Shown in pieces: positions 62,329-64,000 of a stretch of DNA of 64,000 nucleotides. The translations under genes and the position numbers were made by a program. The notes below the pieces were generated by a model, which ran no database searches, was not told the origin of the DNA, and was given only the letters and a program-made list of their open reading frames with translations. The stretch covers positions 6,076-70,075 of the forward strand of contig JBBDXF010000019.1 in NCBI GenBank assembly GCA_040902485.1. Direction: 5' to 3'. The first letter of the stretch is position 1. The number at the start of each line of letters is the position of its first letter. This DNA is from Myxococcota bacterium (GTDB lineage Bacteria; Myxococcota_A; UBA9160; SZUA-336).

Positions 62329-63122
62329 GCGGCCCGAGCGAGCGCAGCGTGCGCGTGAATTCCGAGCCGTGCCGCGTGTGGGAGAAGGGCACGGGCGAGC
62401 CGCTCGGTTTCCTGGCCGGACTCGGGGGCCTGGTCGAGTGGACGCCATTCCTGGATTCGCTCGCACAGACGCGCCGCGTGATCGTGCCGTCGCTGCCCGG
62501 CTTCCCCGGCTCCGGCCCCAGTCACCGCCTGATCGACACGCTGCCCGACTGGATCGCGGCGACGCTCGACTTGTTGGAAGCTTCGGGACTCGACGGCTGC
62601 GAGCTAGTCGGCCACTCGGTCGGCGGCATGCTCGCCGCCGAAGTCGCCGCGTTCTCGCGCTCGACCGTGAAGCGGCTCGTGCTGATCGCGCCGTTCGGCC
62701 TGTTCGACGGGGCCGAGCCGGTCGCCGACGTGTGGGCGCGCCGCGTGACCGAGATCCCCGAGCTCTACTCGACCCAGCCCGCCGAGTTCGCCGCCGCGCG
62801 GCTCACACCCCCGAAGGACCTGTCACCCGAAGCCGTGGTCGAGTGGCAGATCGTGCAGACGCGCGCGTCGGAAGCGGCCGCACGCCTGCTCTGGCCGATG
62901 GGCGAGCTCGGGCTGGCGAAGCGCCTGCACCGGATCACCTGTCCAACCCTGCTCGTCTGGGGCGCCGAAGACCGGATCGTGCCCGCGAGCTACGCGAAGC
63001 GGTTCGCTTCGCTGATCGGCGGGGCGGCGGAGATCCGCACCGTCGCGGGCGCGGGGCACGCGCTGGACTTCGACGCGCCGGAGGCACTCTCGAAGTGCGT
63101 TCACGGCGCTCAGGGACGCTGA
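62325..63122 (+). CDS. Alpha/beta-fold hydrolase
   Basis: Nucleophile elbow VGHSVGG, VWGAEDRIVP and a GAGHAL C-terminal His motif. ATGA overlap with the LLM stop. Confidence 0.85.
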   Translation: MSGPSERSVRVNSEPCRVWEKGTGEPLGFLAGLGGLVEWTPFLDSLAQTRRVIVPSLPGFPGSGPSHRLIDTLPDWIAATLDLLEASGLDGCELVGHSVGGMLAAEVAAFSRSTVKRLVLIAPFGLFDGAEPVADVWARRVTEIPELYSTQPAEFAAARLTPPKDLSPEAVVEWQIVQTRASEAAARLLWPMGELGLAKRLHRITCPTLLVWGAEDRIVPASYAKRFASLIGGAAEIRTVAGAGHALDFDAPEALSKCVHGAQGR

Positions 63123-63244
63123 GCTACGGCAGGCACGCGTCGCCGTGCAAGCGAACCTCCCGCGACGCACGAAATTTCCCAAGATAGTCCCAAGTTACGC
63201 GGAACCAGCGAGTGCCACGATCGCGCGAGCGATGGAGGGTCGGC

Positions 63245-64000
63245 GTGGCGCTGCTGTCATATCGCCAGCCCGGGTTGGTGCTGGGCGTCGGACTCACTCG
63301 GGCCACGGAGCTCCAGGTCACCGATCTGCAGCGTGACTTGCGTGCGCTCGGCTATCTGCGCAAGGGCATCGACGGGCGCTTCGGCGACGCGACTCGGCTC
63401 GCCGTCGCGGCGCTGCAGCATGACCTGCTCGCGAACTTCGGCGAGAGCCGCGGCGGCGACGGACAGGCCCCGCTGCGGATCGCCGGCTTCAACCGCGGCC
63501 GGGTGGCGAGCCCCACCGGCGAGGTCGACGAGGCGCTAACCGCCTGCATCTCCGAGCTGCTCGACGAGCCTCGGTTTCCGAAGCTGCCCTCGTCCGCGAA
63601 CCCCGCGGCGGCGAATCGAGCGGCGCTCGCGGGCCTCCGCCTGCTGCCCTCCGATCGGGCGCCGATGACGTTCATTCTCGCGATCCTCGGTCAGGAGAGC
63701 GGCTGGAAGCACTTCAACGAGCCCGTCCGCGGAGATCAGGACGCGTTTCTCGTCGTCGGGCTCGACACCAATGCGGGCGAGCCTTTCATCGTGACCTCGC
63801 GCGGCTACGGCATGGGCCAGTACACGCTCTTCCATCACCCGCCGAGACCCGAGGAAGTCGAGGGCGTGATGCTCGATCCCGCGAAGAACGTGCAGCGGGC
63901 GATCGACGAGCTGTGCGAGAAGCTCGAGGACTTCCTGATCGGTCCGACGCCGGGAACCCGGGCCGACGACCGGATTGCGGAGATCGGCGCCGGGCCGCTG
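63245..64000 (+). CDS. Peptidoglycan-binding (PG_binding_1-like) plus lytic-transglycosylase-like (SLT-type) protein; 3' end outside the window
   Basis: This is an open frame with no stop to the window edge, so it is absent from the ORF track. VTDLQRDLRALGYLRKGIDGRFGDATRLAVAALQHD is a PG-binding repeat. ILAILGQESGWKHF and SRGYGMGQYT resemble the catalytic-Glu and GLMQ-type SLT motifs. The start is uncertain (GTG 63245 or 63212), and TAG at 63185 bounds the frame. Confidence 0.62.
   Translation, partial: MALLSYRQPGLVLGVGLTRATELQVTDLQRDLRALGYLRKGIDGRFGDATRLAVAALQHDLLANFGESRGGDGQAPLRIAGFNRGRVASPTGEVDEALTACISELLDEPRFPKLPSSANPAAANRAALAGLRLLPSDRAPMTFILAILGQESGWKHFNEPVRGDQDAFLVVGLDTNAGEPFIVTSRGYGMGQYTLFHHPPRPEEVEGVMLDPAKNVQRAIDELCEKLEDFLIGPTPGTRADDRIAEIGAGPL

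Noticed and set aside
63333-63838. Track ORFs 63333..63539 (+), 63352..63675 (-) and 63536..63838 (-)
   Set aside because: They are superseded by the open-ended frame-2 reading (63245..64000), which carries PG-binding and SLT-like motifs and is missing from the track only because it has no stop inside the window.

Overview
The window is very GC-rich by eye (GC content not computed). I call about 66 protein-coding genes and one tRNA. I found no rRNA, CRISPR array, transposase, integrase or phage genes. High GC produces many long spurious ORFs in the six-frame track, so calls rest on recognisable protein motifs, GC3-type codon usage and start/stop geometry. ATGA or GTGA start/stop overlaps recur throughout and helped fix several internal starts. 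The backbone is housekeeping: thpR'-recA-pilT-alaS; bamD; a CDP-alcohol transferase, DUF1844, ispE, tRNA-Gln, prs, rplY, pth; rpsF-rpsR-rplI-dnaB; ldcA, a serine hydrolase and mpl; efp; thiD; apbC. Several accessory modules sit within it. (1) A two-partner secretion pair, TpsB plus a 2300-aa Cys-free TpsA, lies between alaS and bamD. (2) A xenobiotic or DNA-damage-type block holds an ATL protein, an LLM oxidoreductase, a truncated ABC ATPase and a six-gene coupled operon (VOC-VOC-YjbR-ArsR-SRPBCC-O-methyltransferase). (3) A metal block holds a membrane cytochrome c, an ECF sigma with a multi-pass membrane partner, cusCBA and a small periplasmic helical protein. (4) My top candidate for an uncharacterised system is a TetR-led, translationally coupled operon. 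It encodes a signal-peptide AstE/M14-like hydrolase, a Cys-less transglutaminase-like/7TM membrane protein, a RimK-related ATP-grasp ligase and a secreted HExxH peptidase. (5) An SDR-kinase-MFS-MscS operon is divergent from a crotonase-TetR-LLM-alpha/beta-hydrolase operon. (6) A 3'-truncated peptidoglycan-binding/SLT-like gene runs off the window end. The taxon is not determinable here; gene content and GC suggest a deltaproteobacterial, Myxococcota-like or Binatota-like lineage, which is inference only.
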